DNA of 55,114 nucleotides from an uncultured Flavobacteriaceae bacterium (GCA_965365165.1 CBDUAP010000001.1:1-55114); one strand, 5' to 3'; positions 40,496 to 50,576 are shown, numbered from the stretch's first letter. The notes: generated by a model from the sequence alone, not told the origin. Translations and numbers: made by a program.

Positions 40496-43069
40496 ATGAA
40501 ATATACCCAGCTTGCTTTAATCATTTTTTTACCCATTTTTTTAAATGGACAGGAAATGAAATACCCTTTTATGGACGACAAACTAGACCCTAATGAAAGG
40601 GTTAATGATCTTATCAAAAGATTGACACTTGAAGAAAAGGTAAGTCAGATGCAGGATGTAGCCCCTGCCATTGATCGATTGGGCATACCTCAATACAACT
40701 GGTGGAATGAATGTTTGCACGGGGTGGCGCGCGCCGGAAATGCAACTTCTTTTCCACAGGCCATCGGCATGGCTGCCACCTGGAACACGGAACTGATTCA
40801 TGAAGTAGCAGACGCCATCAGTACCGAGGCCCGGGCCAAATTTAATCATAGCGTGAGTTTAGGTCAGCGAAATAGATATCAGGGTCTCACCATGTGGACG
40901 CCAAATATCAATATTTTCAGAGACCCCAGGTGGGGCCGTGGGCAGGAAACTTATGGAGAGGACCCTTTGCTGACCTCTAAACTGGGTGTCGCCTTTGTAA
41001 CAGGCTTGCAAGGGAACGACCCTGATTATTTTAAGGTCATTGCCACACCCAAACATTTTGCTGTGCACAGCGGCCCTGAATTTAACAGGCACTATTTTGA
41101 TGCCTATACCGATAAAAGAGACCTTTGGGAGACTTATTTACCGGCTTTTCGGGCCACTGTTGTTGAAGGAAAGGCCTTTTCGGTGATGTCAGCCTATAAT
41201 CGTTATTTAGGAGCTTCAGCCACCGCCAGCCCGCTGCTGCTGGATGAGATCCTGAGAAAGCAATGGGGGTTTGAGGGTTATGTCGTTTCTGATTGTGGTG
41301 CTGTTGCGGATATTTATATGTATCACAAAATTGTTCCTACTGCTGAAGAAGCAGCAGCTTTGGCCGTAAAATCAGGTTGTGACCTGAATTGTGGTGATAC
41401 CTATTCACATTTGACCAAAGCCGTTGAAAAAGGTTTGATCGAAGAAAAAGAAATTGACCTGGCCATAAAAAGATTGTTTTTGGCCAGGATCAAACTGGGC
41501 CTCCTGAATATTCCGGACAGAATACCCTTTGCTGAGATATCAGGGAATTCACTTGAATCAGAGACGCATCAGAAGCTTGCCCTGAAAACCGCCAGAGAAT
41601 CGATTGTCTTGTTAAAAAACGAGAACAATACCCTTCCCATATCAAAATCAGTTAAAAAAATTATGGTGATTGGGCCAAACGCTAATGACAGGCAGTATTC
41701 GCTGGGAAACTATTTTGGAACACCCACTTTTAGTTCAACAATTTTAGAGGGCATCGAAAAAAAGGTGTCTGAAAAAACAGAAATAAGTTATTTTAAAGGG
41801 ACCAACCTGACAGATACAAATACGATTTTCGACGTGATTGGCCCAAACAGTTTTAAGGGTCGCCTGAAGGTGGAATATTTTGACAATTCAGGCTTTGAAG
41901 GAGAGGCAGTAGTGACCGAAGAAAAGGAATTCATTGATTATGACTGGGGAGGAGCCGTACCTCATGGCGTGCTGACCCCCGGAAAGTTCTCCGTAAGGTA
42001 TTCAGGGGTGCTACAGGCAGATTTTAAAGGGAACATATTGTTGGGTATCCTTGAAAAGGGCGGATCCTACAAATTGTTTGTTGATGACCAGGAAGTTCTG
42101 GCCGGATCCGGAGGAAATGCCATTGAGATAGAGTCAAGTGAATTTAGCCTGGAAAAAGGAAAGAAATATAAAGTAGTTCTTGAATACAGTTGTAAGAATC
42201 CATGGGAGTCGGCCATTCAGCTTCTTTGGAATCAGGAGGCTCTTAAAGGGAAGGATGAGATGATGAAACAGGTAAATCAGAGCGATATCATCTTTTATGT
42301 TGGTGGCATATCGGCACGGGTGGAAGGAGAAGAAATGCCCGTGGTAATTGATGGATTCAACAAAGGAGACAGGGTTCATATGAAACTTCCTGAGGCACAA
42401 TTGAATTTGTTAAAAGACTTACATGCCACAGGAAAACCGGTTGTATGTATTGTGGCCTCGGGCAGTGCCCTGGCCTTGAATTGGGAAAAGGATCATCTGC
42501 CTGCTTTATTGCACATATGGTATCCCGGGCAGGCCGGTGGAGCGGCTGTTGCCGATATCCTTTTTGGAGATTACAACCCCTCGGGGAAATTACCGGTGAC
42601 TTTTTATAAATCGATTGATGACTTGCCGCCCTTTGAAGATTATCACATGAAAGGAAGGACCTATCGATATTTTTCAGGAGAGGTCTTGTATCCTTTTGGA
42701 TACGGACAGAGTTACACCAAATTTTCTTATTCAAAACCTGAATTGGGCAGTCCTTCTGTGGCAATGGGTGAAAAGGTTAAGGTGAAGGTAAAGGTGTCAA
42801 ATGTTGGTGATTTTGACGGACAAACTGTTGTTCAACTATACGTCAAAGATATCGAAGCTTCAGTCGTCAGACCCATTAAATCTTTGCGTCATTTTAAAAA
42901 AATCTATTTGGCCAAAGGCAAATCCGAAGAAGTTGAATTTGAATTGACTCCGAAAGACCTGTCTGTTTTTGATGATAACGGGCAGCCATTTGTTGAAAAG
43001 GGTTACTTCGAAATATCGATAGGTGAAGATTCGTCAACAGGAAATAAGGTTATGCTGGAGGTCATTTAA
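40496..43069 (+). CDS. GH3 beta-glycosidase (xylosidase/glucosidase type) with PA14-like insert and Fn3-like domain
   Basis: WWNECLHG, RDPRWGRGQETYGEDP, KHF, VSDCGA nucleophile, EGEE, PFGYG. Confidence 0.93.
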   Translation: MKYTQLALIIFLPIFLNGQEMKYPFMDDKLDPNERVNDLIKRLTLEEKVSQMQDVAPAIDRLGIPQYNWWNECLHGVARAGNATSFPQAIGMAATWNTELIHEVADAISTEARAKFNHSVSLGQRNRYQGLTMWTPNINIFRDPRWGRGQETYGEDPLLTSKLGVAFVTGLQGNDPDYFKVIATPKHFAVHSGPEFNRHYFDAYTDKRDLWETYLPAFRATVVEGKAFSVMSAYNRYLGASATASPLLLDEILRKQWGFEGYVVSDCGAVADIYMYHKIVPTAEEAAALAVKSGCDLNCGDTYSHLTKAVEKGLIEEKEIDLAIKRLFLARIKLGLLNIPDRIPFAEISGNSLESETHQKLALKTARESIVLLKNENNTLPISKSVKKIMVIGPNANDRQYSLGNYFGTPTFSSTILEGIEKKVSEKTEISYFKGTNLTDTNTIFDVIGPNSFKGRLKVEYFDNSGFEGEAVVTEEKEFIDYDWGGAVPHGVLTPGKFSVRYSGVLQADFKGNILLGILEKGGSYKLFVDDQEVLAGSGGNAIEIESSEFSLEKGKKYKVVLEYSCKNPWESAIQLLWNQEALKGKDEMMKQVNQSDIIFYVGGISARVEGEEMPVVIDGFNKGDRVHMKLPEAQLNLLKDLHATGKPVVCIVASGSALALNWEKDHLPALLHIWYPGQAGGAAVADILFGDYNPSGKLPVTFYKSIDDLPPFEDYHMKGRTYRYFSGEVLYPFGYGQSYTKFSYSKPELGSPSVAMGEKVKVKVKVSNVGDFDGQTVVQLYVKDIEASVVRPIKSLRHFKKIYLAKGKSEEVEFELTPKDLSVFDDNGQPFVEKGYFEISIGEDSSTGNKVMLEVI

Positions 43070-43100
43070 AAAAGGAACTGTTTTTTAGAATTTGTCTAAA

Positions 43101-43191
43101 GCATTAGTAACAAACATATAAATTGATTATTGAAAATAACATACTGAAGGCACTTAGGGCAATCCTTATTGCACTAACCGTTAGTGGTCAT
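43101..43191 (+). repeat. attC-like degenerate spacer element 1
   Basis: Left ATTAGTAAC pairs with right GTTAGTGGT; right end CCGTT-AGTGGTC-AT with GTT 27 nt before the ATG. Confidence 0.5.
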
Positions 43192-43206
43192 TAAAACCAT
43201 CCAATT

Positions 43207-44382
43207 ATGAAGAAAATATTAATAGTTTGTACACTTATTCTCATTTGCGCTCAATCATATGGTCAAAAACCCAGAGCAAGAGATTTAGGAATCCCATTTG
43301 TCGGTAAAACAGGTGAATTTAATGCCATTACAGATGTGAAAGGTGTCGAGGTTGGATACAGCACAATTATATCCGGTGAAGGAGAAAATATCATAGGCAA
43401 GGGTCCAGTACGAACAGGTGTTACAGCAATATTTCCAAGAGGGAAAGCTAAGAAATTCAGTCCGGTTTACGCCAATTGGTATAGCCTGAATGGCAACGGG
43501 GAAATGACTGGTACCACATGGGTAACGGAATCAGGTTTTCTTGAAACCCCTGTTATGATTACTAATACTAACAGTGTTGGAGAAGTAAGACAAGCCGTTT
43601 TGAGATGGTTTGTTGATACCGATTGGTACAGTGGTGAAGATTGGTGGTACACATATCCTGTAGTGGCAGAGACATATGATGGTTTTCTGAATGATATCTA
43701 CGGATTTCACGTGAAGGAAGAACACGTATTGGAAGCCATCCACAATGCGTCGAACGGTAAAATAGAAGAAGGGAATGTTGGTGGTGGAACCGGGATGTTA
43801 ACTTTGGGTTTTAAGGGAGGGACTGGAACTTCATCAAGGGTTTTTAAAATTAAAGATTCAACATTTACTGTTGGAGCTATAGTGCAATCCAATTTTGGAG
43901 CAAAAAGGAATTTATCAATTGCTGGTGTCCCTGTTGGGATTGAGTTAAAGGACACCTTAAACTATGAATTTAAGTCACCTCCAAAATCGAGGAGGCAGGA
44001 AGGCGATGGTTCTATTATAGTAATAGTAGCAACAGATGTACCTCTTTTACCACATCAATTAAAAAGAATAGCCCAGAGAATTCCTTTAGGAATCGGCATT
44101 GTTGGAGGACGAGGAAGTAACGGCTCTGGTGATATTTTTTTGGCTTTCTCCACTGCAAATGAGAAGGCGTTTAATCGTGATGAAATGACAGTTGTTGAAA
44201 CAATGTCCAATGACTTGCTCATGCCGGTTTTTGAAGCAACTGTACAAGCCGTTGAGGAAGCGATTATTAATGCTATGGTGGCTGCTGAAACGATGGAGGG
44301 AATCAATGGAAATAAGGGGTTTGCCTTGCCTCACGATTTGCTCGTGGAAACATTAAAAAAATATAATCGAATTAAAAAATAA
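43207..44382 (+). CDS. DmpA/P1-family (Ntn-like) aminopeptidase, secreted
   Basis: RARDLGI, NAITDV.GV.VG, NGNGEMTG, EGNVGGGTG, GSII, NGSGD; signal peptide. Confidence 0.92.
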   Translation: MKKILIVCTLILICAQSYGQKPRARDLGIPFVGKTGEFNAITDVKGVEVGYSTIISGEGENIIGKGPVRTGVTAIFPRGKAKKFSPVYANWYSLNGNGEMTGTTWVTESGFLETPVMITNTNSVGEVRQAVLRWFVDTDWYSGEDWWYTYPVVAETYDGFLNDIYGFHVKEEHVLEAIHNASNGKIEEGNVGGGTGMLTLGFKGGTGTSSRVFKIKDSTFTVGAIVQSNFGAKRNLSIAGVPVGIELKDTLNYEFKSPPKSRRQEGDGSIIVIVATDVPLLPHQLKRIAQRIPLGIGIVGGRGSNGSGDIFLAFSTANEKAFNRDEMTVVETMSNDLLMPVFEATVQAVEEAIINAMVAAETMEGINGNKGFALPHDLLVETLKKYNRIKK

Positions 44383-44501
44383 CGTGATACAAGATTGTAT
44401 AATCGCAAGTAAGACGGATTCGAACAGAACTGAATGAACCGATAAAATAATCCCTAAATTAACTTGCAACTAATGGTTTTACGAAAACCTTTAACAATAA
44501 A
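44381..44501 (+). repeat. attC-like degenerate spacer element 2
   Basis: Starts in the stop codon; GTATAATC/GGTTTTAC and GCAAGT/ACTTGC nested arms; eroded right end CC-TTT-AACAATA-AA. Confidence 0.45.
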
Positions 44502-44502
44502 A

Positions 44503-46089
44503 ATGATAACTGCCATGTATAAACTACTATTATTAATTCTGCTGATACCTCACTTTTGCTTCTCTCAATCAAAAGTAAGTTCACAATTCATAGATTCCTT
44601 GGTAAATGTATCAATGAACCAATTTCCTCAGGCTGGAATTGCAATTGCAGTTATAGAGGATGGAGCATTATCTCACATAAAAGGTTATGGCATCTCTTCT
44701 GCTATAACTGGTAATAAGGTTGATGAAAACACTCTTTTTGCAATTGCTTCCAACAGTAAAGCGTTTACAACTACTGCATTGGGCATATTGGCTGATCAGG
44801 GAAAGCTTTCATGGGACGACAAGGTAATTGAATACATTCCCGAGTTTAAAATGTATGATCCATATATCACAAAAAATTTCACCATCGTTGATTTATTAAC
44901 GCATAGAAGTGGATTAGGTCTGGGTGCAGGTGATTTAATGTTCTTCCCTGACGGATCAAGTTTTACCATAGATGATGTCTTACGCAGTTTTCAGTTTCAA
45001 ACTCCTGTTTCAGATTTTAGGACCAAATATGATTATGACAATCTATTGTATGTAGTTGCTGGAGAAGTAATTAAAAGAGTTAGCGGTAAAGCTTGGGACA
45101 AGTTTGTCCAGGATGAAATAATGGGCCTGCTGGGCATGGAAAATTCTGTAGGGATTTATCAAAATATCAGTAATAACTCTAATGTTGCCTTCCCCCATAC
45201 CAGTGAAAATCAAAAAATTGAGCAAATCGACGTGTTTATCAAAAATGATGGTTCCCTTGGAGCAGCAGGAGGTATTTATTCGAACGTAAGAGATATGAGC
45301 AAATGGGTGCTCATGCATTTAAACGAAGGACTATTTGGAGAGAACCTGACAGACACTTTGATCTCAAAAAAGAATCACAGGGAACTTTGGAAGATCCACA
45401 CCAATCGATCTTATAATGCATTTGGAGGAGGAATGTACAATACTCATTACAGGGGGTATGGTCTGGGTTTTAATTTGAGAGATGAAAAGGGTTATACCGT
45501 TGTACAGCACTCTGGGGGTTTGCCGGGGATGCTTTCCATGGTTACGATGATACCCGAATTAAAAGCAGGAATCATTGTGCTGACCAATGCATCTCCAGGT
45601 GGATTAAGTTTGGTTACGCTGACAAATGAAATAAAGGATGAGATCTTGGAAGCGGAGGGGATAAATTGGTTAGAATGGGCCGAATCCAGGTTAAATGAAT
45701 CTTCAACCCATGCAGACTCAGTGATTAATGCAGTTTGGGAACAAGTCAAAAAGAATAAAGGCAAAACGCCTGAATTGAATTTTTTCACAGGAGTTTATGA
45801 AGATAATTGGTTTGGAGAAATGGAAGTATATCAGCAGGACAATCAATTATGGATAAAATCTAAAAAATCCCCCAAGCTTAGAGGCCCTATGTATTATTAC
45901 AATGCCAACACATTTGCTGTAGACTGGGAATATTCAAGAGATTCTGGAGTTGACAATTATGACGCTTTTGCCATATTTCAATTGGATGAAACGGGGAAGG
46001 CAATATCCTTTCGAATGAAAGGAATATCACCCATTATTGATTTTAGTTACGATTTTCAGGATTTAGATTTTAAAAGGAAAGGTAAATAA
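44503..46089 (+). CDS. Serine hydrolase (beta-lactamase/PBP fold) with DUF3471-like C-terminus
   Basis: SNSK (SxxK), YDN, HSG; signal peptide; start 44503 or 44515. Confidence 0.88.
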   Translation: MITAMYKLLLLILLIPHFCFSQSKVSSQFIDSLVNVSMNQFPQAGIAIAVIEDGALSHIKGYGISSAITGNKVDENTLFAIASNSKAFTTTALGILADQGKLSWDDKVIEYIPEFKMYDPYITKNFTIVDLLTHRSGLGLGAGDLMFFPDGSSFTIDDVLRSFQFQTPVSDFRTKYDYDNLLYVVAGEVIKRVSGKAWDKFVQDEIMGLLGMENSVGIYQNISNNSNVAFPHTSENQKIEQIDVFIKNDGSLGAAGGIYSNVRDMSKWVLMHLNEGLFGENLTDTLISKKNHRELWKIHTNRSYNAFGGGMYNTHYRGYGLGFNLRDEKGYTVVQHSGGLPGMLSMVTMIPELKAGIIVLTNASPGGLSLVTLTNEIKDEILEAEGINWLEWAESRLNESSTHADSVINAVWEQVKKNKGKTPELNFFTGVYEDNWFGEMEVYQQDNQLWIKSKKSPKLRGPMYYYNANTFAVDWEYSRDSGVDNYDAFAIFQLDETGKAISFRMKGISPIIDFSYDFQDLDFKRKGK

Positions 46090-46155
46090 TGTGTTTCAAT
46101 TACTTAAATCGGATAGAAAATGATATTATCAAGTCCGTTAAACTTCATTTAATTA

Positions 46156-46507
46156 ATGATAAAATTCTTTAGTTGAATTGCGTAACGACCTAACACAAGA
46201 CATTAAATTAATCAGAGAAAGGCTTCCATTTATTGAAGAACAATATAATTTGAATGAGTCTTTGAGAGCAAGAGTAGCCAATCCAAATGCGACCGTTGAT
46301 ACCCTCATTCAAATAATGAGATTTGAATTTAACCCAAACTGGGTCATACAAATTCCTTACAATACAAATGCGTACAATAGCCTGATTCAAAAAGGATTAA
46401 TTGAAAACCTAGCTGACCCTTTAAAAGTCAGTATTAAGAATTTCTACAGAGGAGAGAGTTTTTGTTTACTTCTTTATGACTCTCAACAACCATTGATATT
46501 CACTTGA
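46156..46507 (+). pseudogene. Deleted and frameshifted DUF6090-like gene remnant
   Basis: ATG ATA AAA TTC TTT AG (MIKFF) joins out of frame to LVELRNDL...AYNSLIQKGLI.NL...LK.SIKNFY. Confidence 0.6.
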
Positions 46508-46594
46508 ATTAACTACTTTAGTGTCTAGGTAATCAATCAATACTGATTGATAACAACCTTCATGCACTTACCCCTGTGTGTAATGCTAAAAAAG

Positions 46595-47008
46595 ATGAAA
46601 TATAGGATGCGAACCATTTTATTATTAATTGTTTTAAGTCTGAATTCTATCGTTTACGGACAGCAAGATGAAAGAATTAGCACAATTGATTTTGTGCAGA
46701 TATTGAATGAAAATAAAGCAGAAGCTTATTATTACTATCAGAATAACTGGAAAGCGCTTAGAAATAGGGCTTTGGAAAATGATTATATACATTCATTTCA
46801 AATATTGGAAACACCTTTCACTGAGGAGGATCCTTTTCAATTGATGCTGATAACAACATACGCCAATAAAGAACAATATGACTTGAGAGAAGATCACTTC
46901 AGGACATTGATTCAAGAGGCGGGAGCATTGAAGCTGATGAATGAGAAAAAACCGGGTGAATTTAGAAAAACCCTATTCAGCAAGGAAAATGTAGGTCATT
47001 GGAAATAA
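46595..47008 (+). CDS. Secreted hypothetical protein
   Basis: Signal peptide; EAYYYYQNNWKALR...LITTY; A-rich start context. Confidence 0.7.
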   Translation: MKYRMRTILLLIVLSLNSIVYGQQDERISTIDFVQILNENKAEAYYYYQNNWKALRNRALENDYIHSFQILETPFTEEDPFQLMLITTYANKEQYDLREDHFRTLIQEAGALKLMNEKKPGEFRKTLFSKENVGHWK

Positions 47009-47010
47009 AA

Positions 47011-48330
47011 ATGAAACGATATAGATTAACCTTACTGGTGTTTTTACTCATCAGTATTTCTTCATGCAGGAAGCAGAATGGGAACAATGAAACCAGACCT
47101 AATATTATTATTTTTTTCACTGATGATCAGGGTTATGCAGATGTAGGCTCTTATGACGCTAAAGGATTTGACACCCCGCATTTGGACCTGCTGGCATCCG
47201 AAGGCATCAGGTTTACCAATTTTTATGTACCTGCCACGGTTTGTACGCCTTCAAGAGCAGGGCTGCTGACCGGCCGTTATCCTAAAAGATATGATCTTCA
47301 TGAGGCTGTTCTTTTCCCATTTTCAAATGAAGGCCTCCCTGCCAAAGAATATACCTTGGCAGAAATGCTTAAGGAAAGAGGCTATAGCACCTCATGCATC
47401 GGGAAATGGCATTTGGGCCATAAAGAGGAATTTATGCCCATAAATCATGGTTTTGAGAAATTTTATGGTGTTCCTTACTCAAACGACATGGATAATTATT
47501 ATTATAAAGGAATTGATTTTCAATCGCCACCACTTCCTCTGTACCGAAATGCAGAATTGATAGAAAGTGGGCCTGACCAACAGTTCCTGACAAAAAAATA
47601 TACAGAAGAAGCCATTAGCCAAATAAGGAATCGGGGGGAGAAACCATTTTTTATGTACCTGGCACACAATATGCCCCATACCCCGCTTCATGCTTCACCA
47701 TCTTTTCAAGGCAAAAGCAAAAAAGGTCTTTACGGTGACGTGATCATGGAATTGGATTGGAGTGCCGGTGAAATCATAAGGGTATTGAAGGAAGAAGGCA
47801 TCTATGAAAACACTATTTTTATTTTCACTTCTGATAACGGCCCCGAAGTTGGCTCAGCAGAACCGCTTAGAGGCCGAAAAGCCCAAACATGGGAAGGCGG
47901 TCAGCGTGTTCCGGGAATCATTGCATGGCCGGATAAAATACCCAAAGGTATCGTTAGTGATGAAATTGTGAGTACCCTGGACTTGTTTCCGACTTTGGCT
48001 AAAATCTCATCTTCAAAGATTCCCGAAGGTTTGATAATGGATGGGACAGACATTAGTGGCGTTTTATTGTCTCCTGAAAACGTAAAACTACCCGAACGTC
48101 CAATCTATTTTTACGCCAGAAATGGCGATTTAGAAGCTATCCGTCTCGGGAAATGGAAACTTCACCTAAAAAAATCAGGGGGATGGGACGAAAAAACTGA
48201 AGGTATTTTTCAAGGAGCACTATATAATCTGGATCTTGATATTGCTGAAAAAAAGAATGTGGCAAGTCAATTTCCAGAGGTTGTAAAGAAACTGACAACT
48301 ATATTGGAGGCCTTTGATGATAGCTTATAA
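47011..48330 (+). CDS. Formylglycine-dependent (S1) sulfatase, lipoprotein
   Basis: PNIIIFFTDDQG, CTPSRAGLLTGRYP (Cys-type), GKWHLG, SDNG, EGGQRVP. Confidence 0.94.
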   Translation: MKRYRLTLLVFLLISISSCRKQNGNNETRPNIIIFFTDDQGYADVGSYDAKGFDTPHLDLLASEGIRFTNFYVPATVCTPSRAGLLTGRYPKRYDLHEAVLFPFSNEGLPAKEYTLAEMLKERGYSTSCIGKWHLGHKEEFMPINHGFEKFYGVPYSNDMDNYYYKGIDFQSPPLPLYRNAELIESGPDQQFLTKKYTEEAISQIRNRGEKPFFMYLAHNMPHTPLHASPSFQGKSKKGLYGDVIMELDWSAGEIIRVLKEEGIYENTIFIFTSDNGPEVGSAEPLRGRKAQTWEGGQRVPGIIAWPDKIPKGIVSDEIVSTLDLFPTLAKISSSKIPEGLIMDGTDISGVLLSPENVKLPERPIYFYARNGDLEAIRLGKWKLHLKKSGGWDEKTEGIFQGALYNLDLDIAEKKNVASQFPEVVKKLTTILEAFDDSL

Positions 48331-48402
48331 AATAGAAGGGTTCCTGTCATATGGCTCCCAAAATTAGACTAAACTGAAGCATATAATTCAAGAATTAAAA
48401 TC

Positions 48403-49674
48403 ATGAAAAATTTTAAAGTACTAATATATCTTTGCATAATGCTCTTATTGCAAGGATGCAGTGAATCTACCGGAAAAACGGAGGAGTTTTTAAGCAAGAA
48501 TTTAGACCAGTGGCTGGCTAAGGAAGTAGGGAAAAGAGAATCATTGGAAAGCCTTGAATTTGCTAAGGAAGCCCTGACAAAAAGCCAGGCAGAGAATGTA
48601 TTGGACCTGCTCTATGCAGACAAACAAGCAAGAATGGTAAAGGATTATGAATCGGAATGGGACAATGGCTCATTGAGTTTTAAGGGTTACACCATGCCTT
48701 TTTATTACAATATTTTCGGGGACAAACCTTCAGACGGAAGAAGTTTGTTTATCTCCCTTCATGGAGGTGGTGGAACAACGGCCGAAATGAATGACCAGCA
48801 ATACAACAATCAAAAGCATTTATATGATGCTGCCATGGAGAGCCTTGAAGGGGTGTACCTTTCACCACGAGCTCCAAGCAACACATGGGACTTATGGCAT
48901 CAGGATCACATCGATGATTTTCTGAATATCATCATACAAATGTCGGTCATTAAGCTAAATGTAAACCCGGATAAAGTTTATCTTCTGGGTTATTCGGCCG
49001 GGGGTGATGGCGTCTATCAATTGGCCCCAAGAATGGCTGATCGATGGGCAGCGGCCTCTATGATGGCCGGACACCCGAATGACGCATCGCCCTTGGGGTT
49101 GAGAAATACTCCTTTTGCAATCCATATGGGGGAATTAGACGATCCTTATGATAGAAATAGCGTAGCCAGGCAATGGGGGGAGGAACTTGACAATTTACAG
49201 CTCGAGGATCCTCAGGGCTACATACATGATGTTCAAATTCATGAAGGGCTGGGCCATTGGATGGAACTAAATGATGCGGTTGCTCTGGCATGGATGAAAG
49301 CTTATCAGCGCAAGCCTGTTCCTCAAAAAGTGGTGTGGAAACAGGACAACAGGCATCACAAAAGCTTTTACTGGTTGGGAATGCCTGAAAACAAGATTAA
49401 AGACGGTGATAAAATTGTAGTGGAGTACAATACAGGCCTCAATGAAATCAACATCATTGAAAACTCAGGTGACACGATTCAGTTATGGATGAATGATGAA
49501 ATGCTGAATTTAGAAAATCCCGTAACGATCAGATATCAGGGGAATGTCATAGCACAGAAGATTTTTAAGAGGTCGATTTTAAATATCTACCAGAGCATGA
49601 ATCACAAGGGTGATCCTGAGTTGTCTTTTCCTTGTGTGGTAACGGTAATCAACAATGAAGAAATCCTTGAGTAA
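48403..49674 (+). CDS. Alpha/beta-hydrolase (esterase-like) lipoprotein
   Basis: Lipobox LQGC, LHGGG, GYSAG nucleophile elbow, GELD, GHW. Confidence 0.8.
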   Translation: MKNFKVLIYLCIMLLLQGCSESTGKTEEFLSKNLDQWLAKEVGKRESLESLEFAKEALTKSQAENVLDLLYADKQARMVKDYESEWDNGSLSFKGYTMPFYYNIFGDKPSDGRSLFISLHGGGGTTAEMNDQQYNNQKHLYDAAMESLEGVYLSPRAPSNTWDLWHQDHIDDFLNIIIQMSVIKLNVNPDKVYLLGYSAGGDGVYQLAPRMADRWAAASMMAGHPNDASPLGLRNTPFAIHMGELDDPYDRNSVARQWGEELDNLQLEDPQGYIHDVQIHEGLGHWMELNDAVALAWMKAYQRKPVPQKVVWKQDNRHHKSFYWLGMPENKIKDGDKIVVEYNTGLNEINIIENSGDTIQLWMNDEMLNLENPVTIRYQGNVIAQKIFKRSILNIYQSMNHKGDPELSFPCVVTVINNEEILE

Positions 49675-49824
49675 TCAACGAACCTCCTTTTATGCCACTG
49701 GTACTTTCCCGAATTCAAGGTTTTATTCTGATCTGAAGAACAACAGTATAAATTCGCTTAAGATAATTCAAAGTGAACTTGTTCAAAGAGCCAACTGAGG
49801 CTGTTGATTGTGATTTAAATTACT

Positions 49825-49968
49825 AACGAAAGCATAACACCGTGTATAATTATGACTTGGGTCTGTGTTCTCATGTCATCCGACAGATTTTACTAAGGTT
49901 CGGATTGTATTTGCTAAATTAGATGCTTAAACAAGGAACTCATCTTTTACAAAGCCGTTGTGTTCTAT
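49825..49968 (+). repeat. attC-like spacer element, best-preserved copy
   Basis: AGCATAAC(49831)/GTTGTGTT(49957) outer arms, TGTATAA/TTTTACA inner arms, further ATGA/TCAT and CTTG/CAAG pairing. Confidence 0.6.
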
Positions 49969-50002
49969 TCATATTTGATGAGCATGATTTTAAAGTTAAA
50001 AC

Positions 50003-50452
50003 ATGAAAACATTAACATCCATATGCATACTATGTCTTTTACTTGCCTGCTCTGAAAACAGATTATCGAGAGTGGATTTTATTATAGGCACGTGGAAAAT
50101 GGAAGGAAAAGAGCAATATGAAAATTGGGAATTATCCAATAACAAAGAACTCATTGGATATTCATATAAGTTTAAGGATGGTCAAAAAATAATTACTGAA
50201 ACTCTTGCTATAAAAATATTGGAAAATACAGTCATTTTTGAAGCTACCGTTCCAGACCAAAATGAGGGAAAAACAATTACGTTTATTTTAAATAATGAAA
50301 TTAAAGACTATTTATCATTTGAAAATATGGACCACGATTTTCCAAAAAAAATTCAATACAAAAGAATAAGTGAAAATGTAATTGAAGTTACTGTTGCAGG
50401 AGATAAGGGCGAAGGGTTTTCTTACAGGCAAGTAAAACAAAGCACAAAATAA
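50003..50452 (+). CDS. DUF6265-like lipoprotein
   Basis: Lipobox LLAC, GTW, YENW, VPDQN, FENMDHDFPKKIQY. Confidence 0.8.
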   Translation: MKTLTSICILCLLLACSENRLSRVDFIIGTWKMEGKEQYENWELSNNKELIGYSYKFKDGQKIITETLAIKILENTVIFEATVPDQNEGKTITFILNNEIKDYLSFENMDHDFPKKIQYKRISENVIEVTVAGDKGEGFSYRQVKQSTK

Positions 50453-50514
50453 CAGCATTCAGCATTGTTTAAAAAGGCATTAAAAAGGTTTATAAACCAT
50501 CTGTTGTTAGAAAT
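50451..50514 (+). repeat. attC-like short spacer element
   Basis: Starts in the stop codon; GTTTAAAAA/TTTATAAAC inner arms; right end CTGTT-GTTAGAA-AT. Confidence 0.5.
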
Positions 50515-50576
50515 TTAAATAAAAATTTGTAACAAAACAGCAGACCCAAAGACCTATTGGTCATCAATTAATTTCT

